A DNA stretch of 61,939 nt, filler included. It is 2 parts of 2 records of this genome, joined end to end, with 100 filler letters (N's around TTAATTAATTAA, not from the genome) between each part and the next. Parts side by side here need not be neighbours in the genome. Positions count along the whole stretch, not along the records: positions 1 to 29,958 come from SRR20825006_2640; 1 more part is not named here. The stretch is one strand, 5' to 3'. Below the pieces are notes generated by a model. The model did not search any database, was not told the origin of the DNA, and worked only from the letters and a program-made list of their open reading frames with translations. The position numbers and the translations under genes were made by a program. This document shows, piece by piece, positions 1-12,100 of the stretch. Positions within the stretch are counted from its first letter, which is position 1; every line of letters begins with the position of its first letter.

Positions 1-396
<396 letters not shown>

Positions 397-523
397 TTAT
401 TTGGCACAAATATTGTGTCTTTATAAATGATTTTTAAAGTTTTGCAACATCTTTGTTAAATGCACAAAATTGACGGCAAAACTAGTTAAATTTACAATGT
501 TCAACAATAAAATAACTGATGAT

Positions 524-1696
524 ATGCGCGGCTTGATAAATACTCCAAATACATTTCTAAAACCTTTTTTAGGTTTATTGGCGCTAGCAGGATTAGTATC
601 TTGCGGCCCCTCTCAATATACAATGAATGACAGCATCTACGGTGGAAGATCTACCGTATATGAAGAACCCACCCAAGAAGTGGCCAGTACCACCGTTAAT
701 GGTGGTGTCTATGCCAACTACTTTTCTCAAGGTGCAGCTGATTTAGATGCGGCTCAACAGTCTGGCGATATATTTACCGATATTGATTCCTACAGCTCTA
801 ATGCTGAATATACTACAGAACAAGCTATTCTAGATGAAGATTTAGCCTACCAAGCTCAACCGGGTTGGGGTGATGTTGTTGACGATATCACTGTTAATAT
901 TTATCCTGATTTCTATAATCGTATTGGTTTCGGCGGGTATTACAGACCTTTCTGGAACTACGGTTGGGGTAATTTTGGTTTTGGCTTTGGACCAGGCTGG
1001 GCTACACCATATGGCGGCTGGGGAGGCTGGGGCAACCCATACTTTGGCTACGCTTACAACGGCTGGGGCTATGGTGCTTGGGGATATCCTTATAACGGAT
1101 GGGGATTTGGATATGGCTACCCATATTATGGATACTACGGTTACAACACTTACTATGGCAATGTATTCTACAGAAACAACTACTATTCCAGATATAATAA
1201 CAACAGATTAGCGTATTCAAACTCTAGAAGATCTAGCAATGTGTACGGAACGAACAGATCAGCTAATTCAAGAATCTCTTCGGCTCGCTCTGCTTCTCGA
1301 CGTTCTTCAGAAGTAAATTATGCTCGTACTAGTAGAACATACAGCAGAAATAATGTAGGCGTGAATACCGATCGCATCAGCAGAAGTAGCTCTAATAATT
1401 CAGCTAGAGTTTCTAGTAGAAATCGAAGCGCTTCAAGCAATAGCATTTATAGAAGCAACTCTAGAAGAAGCTCTAGTAATACGATTACCAGAAGTAATTC
1501 TAGCAGTCCTGTAAGAGCAACACGCTCTAGTACATACTCACGCAATTCTGTAAGTACACCTACGCGCTCAACTTCGCGTACGATGACAAGATCTTCAGTT
1601 CCTACGCGTAGTGCTTCACCTGCTCGTTCGAGTGGCGGAAGCCGTAGCAGCGGTGGAAGTTCATCTCGTGGCGGAGGCCGCGGTGGTCGCGGATAA
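524..1696 (+). CDS. Putative lipoprotein with Gly/Tyr/Trp-rich middle and Ser/Arg/Gly-rich low-complexity tail
   Basis: ORF 470..1696; ATG 524 gives a signal peptide ending LAGLVS-C (lipobox); GWGYG-type repeats, then an SR-rich tail. Confidence 0.75.
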   Translation: MRGLINTPNTFLKPFLGLLALAGLVSCGPSQYTMNDSIYGGRSTVYEEPTQEVASTTVNGGVYANYFSQGAADLDAAQQSGDIFTDIDSYSSNAEYTTEQAILDEDLAYQAQPGWGDVVDDITVNIYPDFYNRIGFGGYYRPFWNYGWGNFGFGFGPGWATPYGGWGGWGNPYFGYAYNGWGYGAWGYPYNGWGFGYGYPYYGYYGYNTYYGNVFYRNNYYSRYNNNRLAYSNSRRSSNVYGTNRSANSRISSARSASRRSSEVNYARTSRTYSRNNVGVNTDRISRSSSNNSARVSSRNRSASSNSIYRSNSRRSSSNTITRSNSSSPVRATRSSTYSRNSVSTPTRSTSRTMTRSSVPTRSASPARSSGGSRSSGGSSSRGGGRGGRG

Positions 1697-1720
1697 TAAT
1701 CAGTTTCATTTTAAATTGTT

Positions 1721-3220
1721 ATGATGAAAAAAATTCTAACACTCCTATTCTTGGCAATAGGTGCACAATATTCTTTTGCTCAAAATGTAGCAGACGCAGT
1801 ACGTTATAGTACGCAAAACATCACCGGAACTGCCCGATACATCGGCGTTGGTGGCGCGTTTGGCGCATTGGGTGGTGATCTTTCTGCAATAAATGTGAAC
1901 CCTGCTGGTTCCGCTATTTTTGATCGTAGCTTTGTGTCGCTCAGTTTATCTTCGGGGAATTATGACAACCAGACCTATTATAATGATGGAATCACTGTAA
2001 ACGATGAATCTGATTTAGATTTGAATCAATTTGGTGGCGTTTTTGTCTCTCAGGGTGCTGCAGGTCTTCGCAAACTAACTTTCGGATTCAATTACGATCG
2101 CACCAATGATTTTGACAATGGATATATTGCTTCGGGAATCTCCTCTAACTCTATAAGTGATTATTTTTTAGGCTATGCGCAAGGAACACCACTTGATCTA
2201 TTAGAATTTCAAGAAGGTGAAACCACAGATGACTTGTACCAGTATTTAGGTGAAAGTGAAAATTTTGGTACTCAGCAAGCCTTTCTAGGATATCAGGGAT
2301 ATCTTATTGATCCTGTTTCCTCTGAATTAGACAACACCGAATACACCAATGCACAGAATGGAAATTCTTTTGATCAAGAATATCAATATACCAGCTTTGG
2401 GAACAGCAGCAAATTCACCTTTAATGCTGCCGCTCAAGTTAGTGAAGCCCTGTTTTTAGGGATAAACCTTAACGCGCACACCTTTAATTTCACAAGGCAA
2501 ACCACATTATTTGAAGACAACAGTAGCGCAAATAACGCTGTAAACAGCCTGAGGTTTGATAATGAATATAGAGCTTATGGTTCTGGAATTTCGGCACAGA
2601 TAGGTGGAATTTACCATCTTTCGCCCAGCCTACGTGTTGGCGCCACGTACGACACCCCTACGCTTTATACTATTTCTGAAGAAACAGAGCAGTTTTTATC
2701 TACTTCTGGAACTAATGGAGAGATTGTTATCGCGCCTAATGTGATCAATATTTACGAGGATTACGATTTAGTCACTCCCGGAAAAGCTACAGGAAGTATT
2801 GCTTACATTTTTGGTAAGCGCGGATTTTTAAGTTTTGATTATTCGTATCAAGATTATAGCTCAATTAAATTTAAGCCGGATAATGATGCCTTTTTTCAGC
2901 AATTGAACACTCAAATTGACAATCAACTGAAAGGTGTTTCTTCTTATAGATTAGGAGGAGAGTTTTTAGTAAATAGCTGGAGTTTCAGAGGCGGTTATCG
3001 TTTTATTGAAAGTCCGTATGAAAATGAAACAACCCTTGGTGACACTACCGGTTATTCTGTAGGTTTAGGATATTCTTTCGGTAACACGCGTATTGACCTT
3101 GCTTACGATTGGATGAAACAAGATCAAAACCCTAGATTGTATGACGGCGCGTTTACCAATACCGCATTTATTGACACTATCAACACCAACATCGTAGCAA
3201 CCTTGTCGTTTCAGCTTTAA
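1721..3220 (+). CDS. OmpP1/FadL-family outer-membrane transporter
   Basis: Signal peptide, GTARYIGVGGAFGALGGDLSAINVNPAG N-terminal motif, beta-strand pattern, aromatic-ending C-terminal strand. Confidence 0.85.
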   Translation: MMKKILTLLFLAIGAQYSFAQNVADAVRYSTQNITGTARYIGVGGAFGALGGDLSAINVNPAGSAIFDRSFVSLSLSSGNYDNQTYYNDGITVNDESDLDLNQFGGVFVSQGAAGLRKLTFGFNYDRTNDFDNGYIASGISSNSISDYFLGYAQGTPLDLLEFQEGETTDDLYQYLGESENFGTQQAFLGYQGYLIDPVSSELDNTEYTNAQNGNSFDQEYQYTSFGNSSKFTFNAAAQVSEALFLGINLNAHTFNFTRQTTLFEDNSSANNAVNSLRFDNEYRAYGSGISAQIGGIYHLSPSLRVGATYDTPTLYTISEETEQFLSTSGTNGEIVIAPNVINIYEDYDLVTPGKATGSIAYIFGKRGFLSFDYSYQDYSSIKFKPDNDAFFQQLNTQIDNQLKGVSSYRLGGEFLVNSWSFRGGYRFIESPYENETTLGDTTGYSVGLGYSFGNTRIDLAYDWMKQDQNPRLYDGAFTNTAFIDTINTNIVATLSFQL

Positions 3221-3277
3221 GTAATCTAGCCAAAGAATACTTTTTTTTCGCTACGATAGATGATCAGCATACTTTAT

Positions 3278-3313
3278 AAATGCCTCTTGTAAAATTCAAG
3301 AGGCATTTTTTTT
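3278..3313 (+). terminator. Rho-independent terminator
   Basis: AAATGCCTCTTG-loop-CAAGAGGCATTT followed by a T tract. Confidence 0.85.
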
Positions 3314-3382
3314 ATTGACAACCCCTATAAACTCATTATTAAATCAGATAGCAACAGAAGTTTTTCAAGTTGTTAAATTAAC

Positions 3383-3390
3383 TATCTTTG
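3383..3390 (+). promoter_or_regulatory. Bacteroidota sigma70 -7 element upstream of folE
   Basis: TATCTTTG matches the TAnnTTTG consensus. Confidence 0.6.
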
Positions 3391-3424
3391 CAAGCCTTTA
3401 GCCCAAGTGGCGACTAATAGCTCT

Positions 3425-4111
3425 ATGAAAATGAATTTTGAGAACGAAGAATTGAAAGAAATAGATGAATTAGGTGATAATCACCACAGTACATCTGCAA
3501 TTACTCCCTTAAGAGATGATGCTTTTGAGTTAAGTGATTTAGAAAAAATCGAACTCATTAAAGAAGATGTTACCCGCATCATGCAAACTTTAGGTTTAGA
3601 CCTTAAAGATGACAGCCTCAAAGGCACTCCTAATCGAGTGGCTAAAATGTTTGTTAACGAAATTTTTGGCGGACTTAACCCGCAGCGCAAACCTAAAGCC
3701 TCTACCTTTCAGAATAATTATAAGTACGGCGAGATGTTAGTCGAAAAGAACATCACCGTGTATTCTACTTGCGAACATCACCTGCTTCCTATTGTAGGTA
3801 GAGCGCACGTTGCTTATATTTCAAACGGCACGGTAGTGGGCCTTTCTAAAATGAATCGTGTGGTAGATTACTACGCAAAAAGACCTCAGGTTCAAGAGCG
3901 TCTTACTATGCAAGTCGTTCAAGAATTACAAAAAGTTTTAGGCACAGAAGATGTTGCCTGCGTTATAGATGCAAAACACCTATGTGTTAACAGCCGCGGA
4001 ATACGTGATATTGAAAGCAGCACAGTTACCAGTGAATTTGGCGGAAAGTTTAAAGAAGAAGCTGTTAAGCGCGAATTCTTAGACTATATCAAACTAGAAA
4101 CTCCATTTTAA
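3425..4111 (+). CDS. folE: GTP cyclohydrolase I
   Basis: TPNRVAKM, STCEHHLLP, GLSKMNRVVDYYAKRPQVQERLT, HLCVNSRG motifs; ATG start preferred over GTG 3407. Confidence 0.97.
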   Translation: MKMNFENEELKEIDELGDNHHSTSAITPLRDDAFELSDLEKIELIKEDVTRIMQTLGLDLKDDSLKGTPNRVAKMFVNEIFGGLNPQRKPKASTFQNNYKYGEMLVEKNITVYSTCEHHLLPIVGRAHVAYISNGTVVGLSKMNRVVDYYAKRPQVQERLTMQVVQELQKVLGTEDVACVIDAKHLCVNSRGIRDIESSTVTSEFGGKFKEEAVKREFLDYIKLETPF

Positions 4112-4184
4112 GAAGTACTTTAATTTAACAACAACCGAAGCACTATACTTAAATAAGCGATAACGCATTTTCAACCCAGAATTT

Positions 4185-5672
4185 ATGGCGCCCTTATACC
4201 AGAAGCAAGAAATTAAAGTTTACAATTCAATAAACGGAAGTAAAGAAACGTTTACACCTATTCTGGAAGGTAATGTAGGGATGTATGTGTGTGGCCCCAC
4301 CGTTTACAGCAATGTGCACTTGGGTAATGTACGCACCTTTATGTCTTTTGATATGATTTTTAGATATCTCAAGCATTTAGGCTACAAAGTGCGCTACGTA
4401 CGCAATATTACCGATGCAGGTCACTTGACCGATGACGCTGATGAAGGCGAAGATAAAATTGCAAAAAAAGCTCGGTTAGAGCAAATAGAACCTATGGAAG
4501 TCGTGCAGCAATACACCATAGACTTTCATAATATTTTACAGAAATTTAATTGCTTACCTCCAAGTATTGAACCCACCGCTACGGGACACATTATTGAGCA
4601 AATAGAGATCATTAAAGAGATCATTGAAAACGGATTTGCTTACGAGAAAAATGGTTCGGTGTATTTTGATGTTCTAAAGTTTAATGAAAGTCATCACTAT
4701 GGAAAGTTGAGTGGTCGCAATCTTGAGGATATGATCGCTAACACGCGTGAATTAACTGCGCAAAGCGAAAAGAAAAATGCTCAAGATTTTGCCTTGTGGA
4801 AAAAAGCAGAGCCGCAACACATTATGCGCTGGCCTTCCCCTTGGGGTGACGGTTTTCCCGGATGGCACCTGGAGTGTACTGCAATGAGTACAAAATACCT
4901 TGGAAAACAATTTGACATTCACGGTGGCGGAATGGATTTAAAATTCCCGCATCACGAATGTGAAATTGCGCAATCTGAAGCTTCTCATGGCCACAACCCT
5001 GTGAATTACTGGTTGCACGCCAATATGCTTACGCTTAACGGCAAAAAAATGTCTAAAAGCGATGGAAATAACATATTCCCGGCCCAGATTTTTACCGGAG
5101 ATAGCCCGTTCCTGACTAAAGGCTTTTCTCCCAGTGTAGCACGTTTTTTTGTGATGCAAGCTCATTATCGCAGCGTTCTAGATTTTAGCAACGAAGCATT
5201 ACTTGCCAGTGAGAAAGGGTTCAACCGCCTTATGGAAGCTGTAAATCTCCTTGACTCCCTACCAACTTCAGCCAAGAGCAGTATTGATATCGAAGCTTGG
5301 AAACAATCGTGCTACGACGCAATGAATGATGATTTTAATTCGCCAATTCTTATCGCGCAGCTTTTTGAAGCGGCCAAGTACATTCATCAACTTAAAGATG
5401 GTAAGGCCACCATTTCTTCAAGCGATCTAGATGCCTTTAAAACATCTGTTCATGCGTTTGTTTTTGATGTTTTAGGACTTGAAGACATCAACGCCGCAGC
5501 CGAAGCCAATACAGACAAACTAAATGGCGCCATTGAATTGCTTATTCAACTTAGAAAAGAGGCGCGCGCAAATAAGGATTTTGCTACAAGCGACCAGATC
5601 AGAGACCAACTTTTAGAATTAGGCATACAGCTTAAAGATGGTCGCGAAGGAACCACGTATACATTTGCTTAA
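4185..5672 (+). CDS. cysS: Cysteinyl-tRNA synthetase
   Basis: [35 protein letters not shown] and KMSKS motifs. Confidence 0.98.
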   Translation: MAPLYQKQEIKVYNSINGSKETFTPILEGNVGMYVCGPTVYSNVHLGNVRTFMSFDMIFRYLKHLGYKVRYVRNITDAGHLTDDADEGEDKIAKKARLEQIEPMEVVQQYTIDFHNILQKFNCLPPSIEPTATGHIIEQIEIIKEIIENGFAYEKNGSVYFDVLKFNESHHYGKLSGRNLEDMIANTRELTAQSEKKNAQDFALWKKAEPQHIMRWPSPWGDGFPGWHLECTAMSTKYLGKQFDIHGGGMDLKFPHHECEIAQSEASHGHNPVNYWLHANMLTLNGKKMSKSDGNNIFPAQIFTGDSPFLTKGFSPSVARFFVMQAHYRSVLDFSNEALLASEKGFNRLMEAVNLLDSLPTSAKSSIDIEAWKQSCYDAMNDDFNSPILIAQLFEAAKYIHQLKDGKATISSSDLDAFKTSVHAFVFDVLGLEDINAAAEANTDKLNGAIELLIQLRKEARANKDFATSDQIRDQLLELGIQLKDGREGTTYTFA

Positions 5673-5683
5673 AAGCCCTTCTG

Positions 5684-5947
5684 ATGAAAGATTTTGCTAA
5701 AAAAGCCCTCATCTTTCCTATCAGGCTGTATCAGCGTTTCATATCACCTCTTTTGCCACCCTCGTGCAGATACGAGCCTACATGCTCCCACTACAGTGTT
5801 GAAGCCATTCAACGTCACGGTATTTTTAAGGGAAGTTGGCTTGCTATAAAACGTATCGCCAGTTGCAATCCTTGGGGCGGCTCGGGCTATGATCCTGTTC
5901 CTCCCGCTAAAAAGCAGTCGGCATATAAAAAATCTAAAAACAGTTAA
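5684..5947 (+). CDS. yidD: Membrane protein insertion efficiency factor
   Basis: [34 protein letters not shown]. Confidence 0.95.
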   Translation: MKDFAKKALIFPIRLYQRFISPLLPPSCRYEPTCSHYSVEAIQRHGIFKGSWLAIKRIASCNPWGGSGYDPVPPAKKQSAYKKSKNS

Positions 5948-5995
5948 GAAGCCTCTGGGCTTTGCTATATTTACAACACAAAATTTTCAAAGCTT

Positions 5996-6934
5996 ATGCT
6001 CCCTTTAAAAATGACCTGGAATCCTTCAACCGGATTAGATTTAGGATTTTTCACCATTCACTACTACAGTTTAATGTTTGTGATCGCTTTTTCGTTAGGA
6101 TGGTATCTGATGAAAAAAGTGTACAAAAATGAAGGTGTTGAAGAAGAAAAATTAGACCCATTATTTATCTATTCGGTTTTAGCCATTTTAATTGGCGCGC
6201 GACTGGGGCACGTTTTCTTTTATCAGACCGAATTGCTTTGGGAAGATCCACTTTCGGTAATTCTACCTTTTAGATTTGTTCCGGAAATTGAATACACCGG
6301 TTTTCAAGGTTTAGCGAGTCACGGTGCGGCAATAGGGATGATTTTCGCAATGTATCTGTACAACAAAAAAATCCTTAAAAAAAGCGTGCTTTGGCTGTTG
6401 GACCGGGTAATTCTTCCTGTGGCTTTGGGTGCCATATTTGTGCGTATAGGTAACTTTTTTAATTCTGAAATGGTTGGAAAAATCACCGATTCAAACCTCG
6501 GAATTAAGTTCGTTCAAGATCAGTACAATAAATATGAAGTACAGCGCTTAACCGGCATTCCTAATGAGCATAAAGCTTATCAAGCCTTAACAGACGATCC
6601 TCAATTTGCAAATTATATCGCAGAGATTCCTTATCGTTTTCCGGGTCAGCTGATGGAGTCTTTTGGTTATGTATTTGTCTTTCTAATTTTAATGTTCGTG
6701 TATTGGAAAACCAATTTGCGCAAAAAAGAAGGTTTTCTTTTTGGGCTCTTCCTAGTGCTTTTATGGACGGTACGTTTTATTGTAGAATACTTTAAACGCG
6801 CACAAGTAGAAGGCCGTGAAGACTGGATCTTTGGTTTCAACACCGGGCAGATTTTAAGCATTCCTTTTATTCTTATCGGAATCTTTTTAATTCTTAGAGC
6901 GCTTCAGCAAAAACAAACTCCGCAATATCATTAA
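5996..6934 (+). CDS. lgt: Prolipoprotein diacylglyceryl transferase
   Basis: GARLGHVFFY, GLASHG, RIGNFFNSE, RFIVEYF motifs. Confidence 0.96.
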   Translation: MLPLKMTWNPSTGLDLGFFTIHYYSLMFVIAFSLGWYLMKKVYKNEGVEEEKLDPLFIYSVLAILIGARLGHVFFYQTELLWEDPLSVILPFRFVPEIEYTGFQGLASHGAAIGMIFAMYLYNKKILKKSVLWLLDRVILPVALGAIFVRIGNFFNSEMVGKITDSNLGIKFVQDQYNKYEVQRLTGIPNEHKAYQALTDDPQFANYIAEIPYRFPGQLMESFGYVFVFLILMFVYWKTNLRKKEGFLFGLFLVLLWTVRFIVEYFKRAQVEGREDWIFGFNTGQILSIPFILIGIFLILRALQQKQTPQYH

Positions 6935-6936
6935 TT

Positions 6937-7422
6937 ATGTATCAGAAGTTTTTATTCATCGGGATTTTAGGCTTTACGCTTCTAGCGTGTAAAAACAAGG
7001 AAGCCGAAGAAACACAGATCACTCAGGAGCAGATTACTTTTCAGCAAGAAGGAAAACTTCAGATACAAACAGAAGACGGCAGCAAAGCGTATTTTAATAT
7101 TGAGATCGCCGAAACCAACTATGAAACCGAAACCGGACTGATGTACCGGGAATCGATGGAGCAAAATCAGGCGATGCTTTTTGTATTTGAGGATGTAAGA
7201 CCGCACAATTTTTACATGAAAAATACCTATATTCCACTAGACTTGTTTTTCCTCAAAGAGGACAAAACCATTGCAACGATTATAGAAAATGCAAAACCCA
7301 TGGATGAAACCAGCCTCCCCTCTGAAGTTCCTGTGCAGTACGTTTTAGAAACTAATGCAGGCATCGCAAAACTCTGGAATATAAAAGTGGGAGACACCGT
7401 AAACTGGAAACGTTTAAAATAA
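6937..7422 (+). CDS. DUF192-family lipoprotein
   Basis: Lipobox LLAC; GLMYR, MLFVF, FYMKNTYIPLD, YVLETNAG. Confidence 0.9.
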   Translation: MYQKFLFIGILGFTLLACKNKEAEETQITQEQITFQQEGKLQIQTEDGSKAYFNIEIAETNYETETGLMYRESMEQNQAMLFVFEDVRPHNFYMKNTYIPLDLFFLKEDKTIATIIENAKPMDETSLPSEVPVQYVLETNAGIAKLWNIKVGDTVNWKRLK

Positions 7423-7427
7423 TAAAT

Positions 7428-8105
7428 ATGCCTTCTAGAATTCTCTTTTTATTTTTTGTTTTGTTCAGCATTACCTCCAATGCCCAGCGGGTAAAATATC
7501 ATTTTGACCTAGAGGGAAAAGAAATAAAAAGGAAAGAATTTGGCAAGCTTTGGCGCAATCGCGATTCTGCATATTCTAGGTGGGATTATGAAACAAAAGA
7601 TAGCAGCCGTGTTGCTCGACTCATACCTCAATATCAACAAGGCGTTATAAACCGCAATGACCTCAAGGAGTATTTAGAAAAGGTGACTAACAAAAAGTTT
7701 GCTGATAGCACGATTTTTTTCATCTCCTATACTTTTACCAATGATCTATGCAGTCCGCAATACTCTACAAACAACTACACTAAAGAGGTTATAGACCATT
7801 GGAAAAATCTTACTGACGCTCGCAAAGCAAGTATTGAAGAAAACTACCCAGACATAGTTAGATTAGATTTTTTTGAGCAAGGCATAAAGCTCCAAAACAC
7901 CCCTAGCGCTGGTACAGAGTACTACTATTCTGATAAAGAGAATCTTTTAAGAGAAATTATTTTTAGAAACCCGGCATTTTGCGGCTCTCGCGCTTTGATT
8001 AAACCGAATGGGCAAACTGTCGTGTACAATGGCGAATCTATCTCTACCCAAGTAGTTCAGCTTATAGAAAATAAAAACTGGAATTTATTTTTCCCCGAAG
8101 AATGA
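7428..8105 (+). CDS. Secreted hypothetical protein
   Basis: 225-aa ORF with signal peptide (SNA-Q); overlaps glsA by 4 nt. Confidence 0.75.
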   Translation: MPSRILFLFFVLFSITSNAQRVKYHFDLEGKEIKRKEFGKLWRNRDSAYSRWDYETKDSSRVARLIPQYQQGVINRNDLKEYLEKVTNKKFADSTIFFISYTFTNDLCSPQYSTNNYTKEVIDHWKNLTDARKASIEENYPDIVRLDFFEQGIKLQNTPSAGTEYYYSDKENLLREIIFRNPAFCGSRALIKPNGQTVVYNGESISTQVVQLIENKNWNLFFPEE

Positions 8106-9019
8106 ATTATCAAGCGATTCTCGAAAGCATACAATCTGAACTAAAGGATTACAAAAACTCCGGTAAAGTAGCGACATATATCCCGGAGTTAGGAAAGGTA
8201 GACGCTTCAAAATTCGGACTTCATTTAAACTGCATAAATGGCAATCACTATCATTTAGGAGCTTCACAAGAACGTTTCTCGATTCAAAGTATATCTAAAG
8301 TGTTGAGCCTGGCTTTTGCGCTTAAACTTGAAAGAAACAAACTATGGAATCGGGTTGACGTAGAACCTTCGGGAGATCCTTTCAATTCGCTGGTTCAGTT
8401 GGAATATGAAAAAGGTATTCCCCGCAATCCATTTATTAATGCGGGAGCCCTTGTGGTCTCTGATATTTTAATGAGCCATCTCAAAAATCCAAAAGAAGAT
8501 TTTCTACAATACGTGCGCGATATTGCCGGTGATCAGTCTATCGATTACGACACGAGTGTGGCAGCTTCAGAAATGAAACATAAATATCGTAATGCCGCTC
8601 TCGCTCATTTGATGAAAGACTTTAAAAATATTAATAACGATGTTGATGCGTTATTAGACTTTTACTTTCATCAATGCGCAATAGCAATGAGTTGCCAGCA
8701 GCTCGCGCAAGCCTTCAGCATATTTTTAAACTACAGCAAACAAGATCAAAGTGAGCAAGCTCTTGCGGTGCCACCTATGATCGCCAAACGCATCAATGCT
8801 TTAATGCTTACGTGCGGTTTTTATGACGAATCAGGCGAGTTTGCATTCAGGGTAGGGCTACCGGGAAAAAGCGGCGTAGGCGGCGGTATTGTAGCGCTAC
8901 ACCCTAAACATTACAGCATCGCGGTATGGAGCCCGCCTTTGAACGAAAAAGGCAATTCAGAATTAGGTATGAAAGTTCTAGAGCTGTTTACCTCAAAAAC
9001 TGAAATCTCTGTTTTTTAA
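8102..9019 (+). CDS. glsA: Glutaminase
   Basis: YIPEL, FSIQSISK, EPSGDPFNS, NPFINAGA, GLPGKSGVGGG. Confidence 0.96.
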   Translation: MNYQAILESIQSELKDYKNSGKVATYIPELGKVDASKFGLHLNCINGNHYHLGASQERFSIQSISKVLSLAFALKLERNKLWNRVDVEPSGDPFNSLVQLEYEKGIPRNPFINAGALVVSDILMSHLKNPKEDFLQYVRDIAGDQSIDYDTSVAASEMKHKYRNAALAHLMKDFKNINNDVDALLDFYFHQCAIAMSCQQLAQAFSIFLNYSKQDQSEQALAVPPMIAKRINALMLTCGFYDESGEFAFRVGLPGKSGVGGGIVALHPKHYSIAVWSPPLNEKGNSELGMKVLELFTSKTEISVF

Positions 9020-9084
9020 GCAATCTATTTCTGGGAGTTATTTCCTTTAAGGTGACCCATAAAAACTTCAAATTACTACTAAAC

Positions 9085-9120
9085 AAAAAGCTCGATTTAC
9101 TTTCGTAAACCGAGCTTTTT
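9085..9120. terminator. Bidirectional terminator between glsA and secDF
   Basis: AAAAAGCTCG...CGAGCTTTTT hairpin flanked by A and T tracts. Confidence 0.85.
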
Positions 9121-9141
9121 GCGTCTTGTGCTTTAATCGAA

Positions 9142-12100
9142 TTAAGCTACAGGCTCCTCTTCTTCTTTTTGTTTTTCCGGTTTTAAAGCTTTCTTCTGAA
9201 TGGTATCAAACATTACAGGAGTAGCGATAAAGATCGAAGAATACGTACCCACAAGCACACCTACAATCAAGGCAAACATGAAGCCCATTATACTCGCACC
9301 ACCAAAGATAAATATAGCCAATAATACGATTAAGGTGGTCATAGACGTATTTAACGTACGACTTATAGTGCTGTTGATAGCTTGATTGATAATAATTCCC
9401 ATTTTGCGGCTAGTACCGTATTCTTTCATATACTCTCTAATACGGTCAAAAACAACCACCGTATCATTAAGCGAGTAACCAATTACTGTTAAGATCGCAG
9501 CAATGAAAGACTGATCGATCTCCATATTGAATGGCATGAATTGATAGGTCAAAGAGAAAATTCCCAATACGATCAACACATCGTGGAATACAGCAGCAAC
9601 TGCACCCAAAGAGAATTGCCATCTTCTAAAACGTAACAAGATGTATAAGAACACTACAACCAGCGAACCTAACACTGCCCAGAATGAATCTTTTTTAATA
9701 TCATCAGCAATAGTTGGTCCTACCTTGTTATACTCTAAAATACCTACTTTGTCATCAGAAGAACCTCCTTTTACAAATTGCGCTAACGTCAAATCAGCAG
9801 GAAGATACTCCTGTAAAGCAGTATATAAACGCTGCTGGATGTCTTCATCTACTTCAGAAGCTTCTTCTTCTATACGATACTTCGTAGTAACCTTTAATTG
9901 GTTTGCTTCACCATAAGTTTTTGCTTGCGCACTTTCTAATTCAGCGATCAATTTTTGTTCTACTTCAGTAGCGTTTACAGGGTTTTCAAAACGAATGGTA
10001 TAATTACGCCCTCCAACAAAGTCAACACCTTGGTCTAGACCGTTAGTAAATAAAGAGACTAAACTCACTATAATCAGTACACCACTGATAATGTAAGCAA
10101 CTTTACGCTTAGCAAGAAAATCTTTATTGAAATTAGTAAACAGGTTACGCGTAGCTCCGGTACAGAAATCTAAAGATTTACCATTTTTACCGTATCCATC
10201 AATAAACAGACGGGTTACAAAAATTGCGGTAAATAAAGAAGTACCAATACCTATCATTAACGTAGTTGCAAAACCTTGAATTGGCCCTGTACCAAATAAG
10301 AATAAGATTAACGCGGTTAAGAAGGTAGTAATGTTCGCATCAAGAATTGAAGATAGTGCATTGCTGAAACCATCTTTTATAGCGTCTTTTTGTGATTTAC
10401 CTCTTGCGATCTCTTCTTTGATTCGCTCAAAGATCAGAACGTTAGCATCAACAGACATACCTATCGTCAATACAATACCGGCAATACCAGGTAAAGTAAG
10501 AACAGCTCCAAGACCTGCAAGTATTCCAAAAATGAATAAAATGTTCACTGCTAGAGCAACGTCTGCAAAAAGACCTGCTTTACCATAATAGAACACCATC
10601 CACACCAATACAAGTACTAATGCGATCACAAACGACATTAAACCACTATTGATCGCTTCTTGACCTAGTGATGGCCCAACAACATCATAAGAAATAATCT
10701 TAGCCGAAGCAGGCAGCTTACCCGCTTTAAGTACGTTAGCTAAATCTTGCGCTTCTGTTACTGTGAAACTTCCCGAGATTTCAGTAGCACCACCAGAAAT
10801 TTCTGCTTTAGCTGTCGCTGCAGAATACACAGTACCGTCAAGAACAATTGCAATTGCATTACCTTCTGTTGCAACTTCTCCTGTTAATTTTGCCCACTGT
10901 CCAGGACCTTGACCTTCAAAATCAATACCTACAGAAGGTTGACCGGCTTGAGTATATTGTTGACGTGAATCTTGAACCACATCACCATCCATTGCCGGAG
11001 CACCGCTTCGGTCTGACTGCAATGCATAAAGTGGAACCACATCAGTTTCTGCTTCAGTAATTCCCCATCTGAATTTTGCAAAACGCAATTCTTGTGGACG
11101 TAAACGCACGATTTCAGGCATTGAGAAATAGCGATTAATCGTTGCGGTATCTTTTACCTGAGCATAACCTATGATCGGCGCTTGAGCATATTGCTGAATA
11201 GCCGGGTTAAAACTGAACACTTCAAAAAGTGGATTGTTAGCTTGTGCAGGACTAATAGAGTCTTCTTCACTTGCTAAAAGGTCTTCGATAGAATCGTCTG
11301 TACTTTCGGTAGAATCTACTTCCGCAACAGCCTCTTCTTCCTCTGCAGGAGCTACAAGCTCTTTTAATTCTGCATTTACTTGCAATAAGTAAGGAGCAAC
11401 ATTAGAGGCATAGTGTGTTTTGTAAAACTCTAATTGCGCTGTACTTTCTAATTGAAACTTAACACGCTCGATATCGGTGGCTCCGGGAAGTTCAATCAAT
11501 ATGCGTGATTGATTGTCTAAACGCTGAATGTTAGGTTGAGTAACACCAAATTTATCGATACGATTACGCAATACTTCAAACGCAGAATTGATAGACTCTT
11601 CTACTTCTTGAGCAAGAATAGGTTCTACCTCATCATTAGTCATATTGAAGTTTACCTTCTCTCCTAATGTAGTGTTTGCAAAAATATCTGGAGAAGCTAA
11701 TTTATTATCTCCCGGAATTGCTTCAAAAGCATCAAAGAAATCTTCTAAAAAGCTATTCTGGCTATTTTTTTGAGTTTCTGCAGCTTGATCTAAGGCTTGG
11801 TTAAAAGCAGGATCTGTACTGTTATTGCTTAATCCTCTTAAAATATCTGCAACAGAAATTTCAAGGATCGCATTCATACCTCCTTTAAGATCCAGACCTT
11901 TATTAAGTTCTTTTTCTTTTGCGTCATTATAGGTGATACCTAAAGCGATAGGATCATTCCCTATAGAATCTAAATAGCGACGCTCAACTTCGCCTCTTTT
12001 ATCTACATAATCTTCAACGGTAGTATCAACTTGTTCTGCCGCGTAGGCCGAAGCTTTTTCTTCTGTCTGATTAGTGAAATACGTAAACGAAAGCTGGTAT

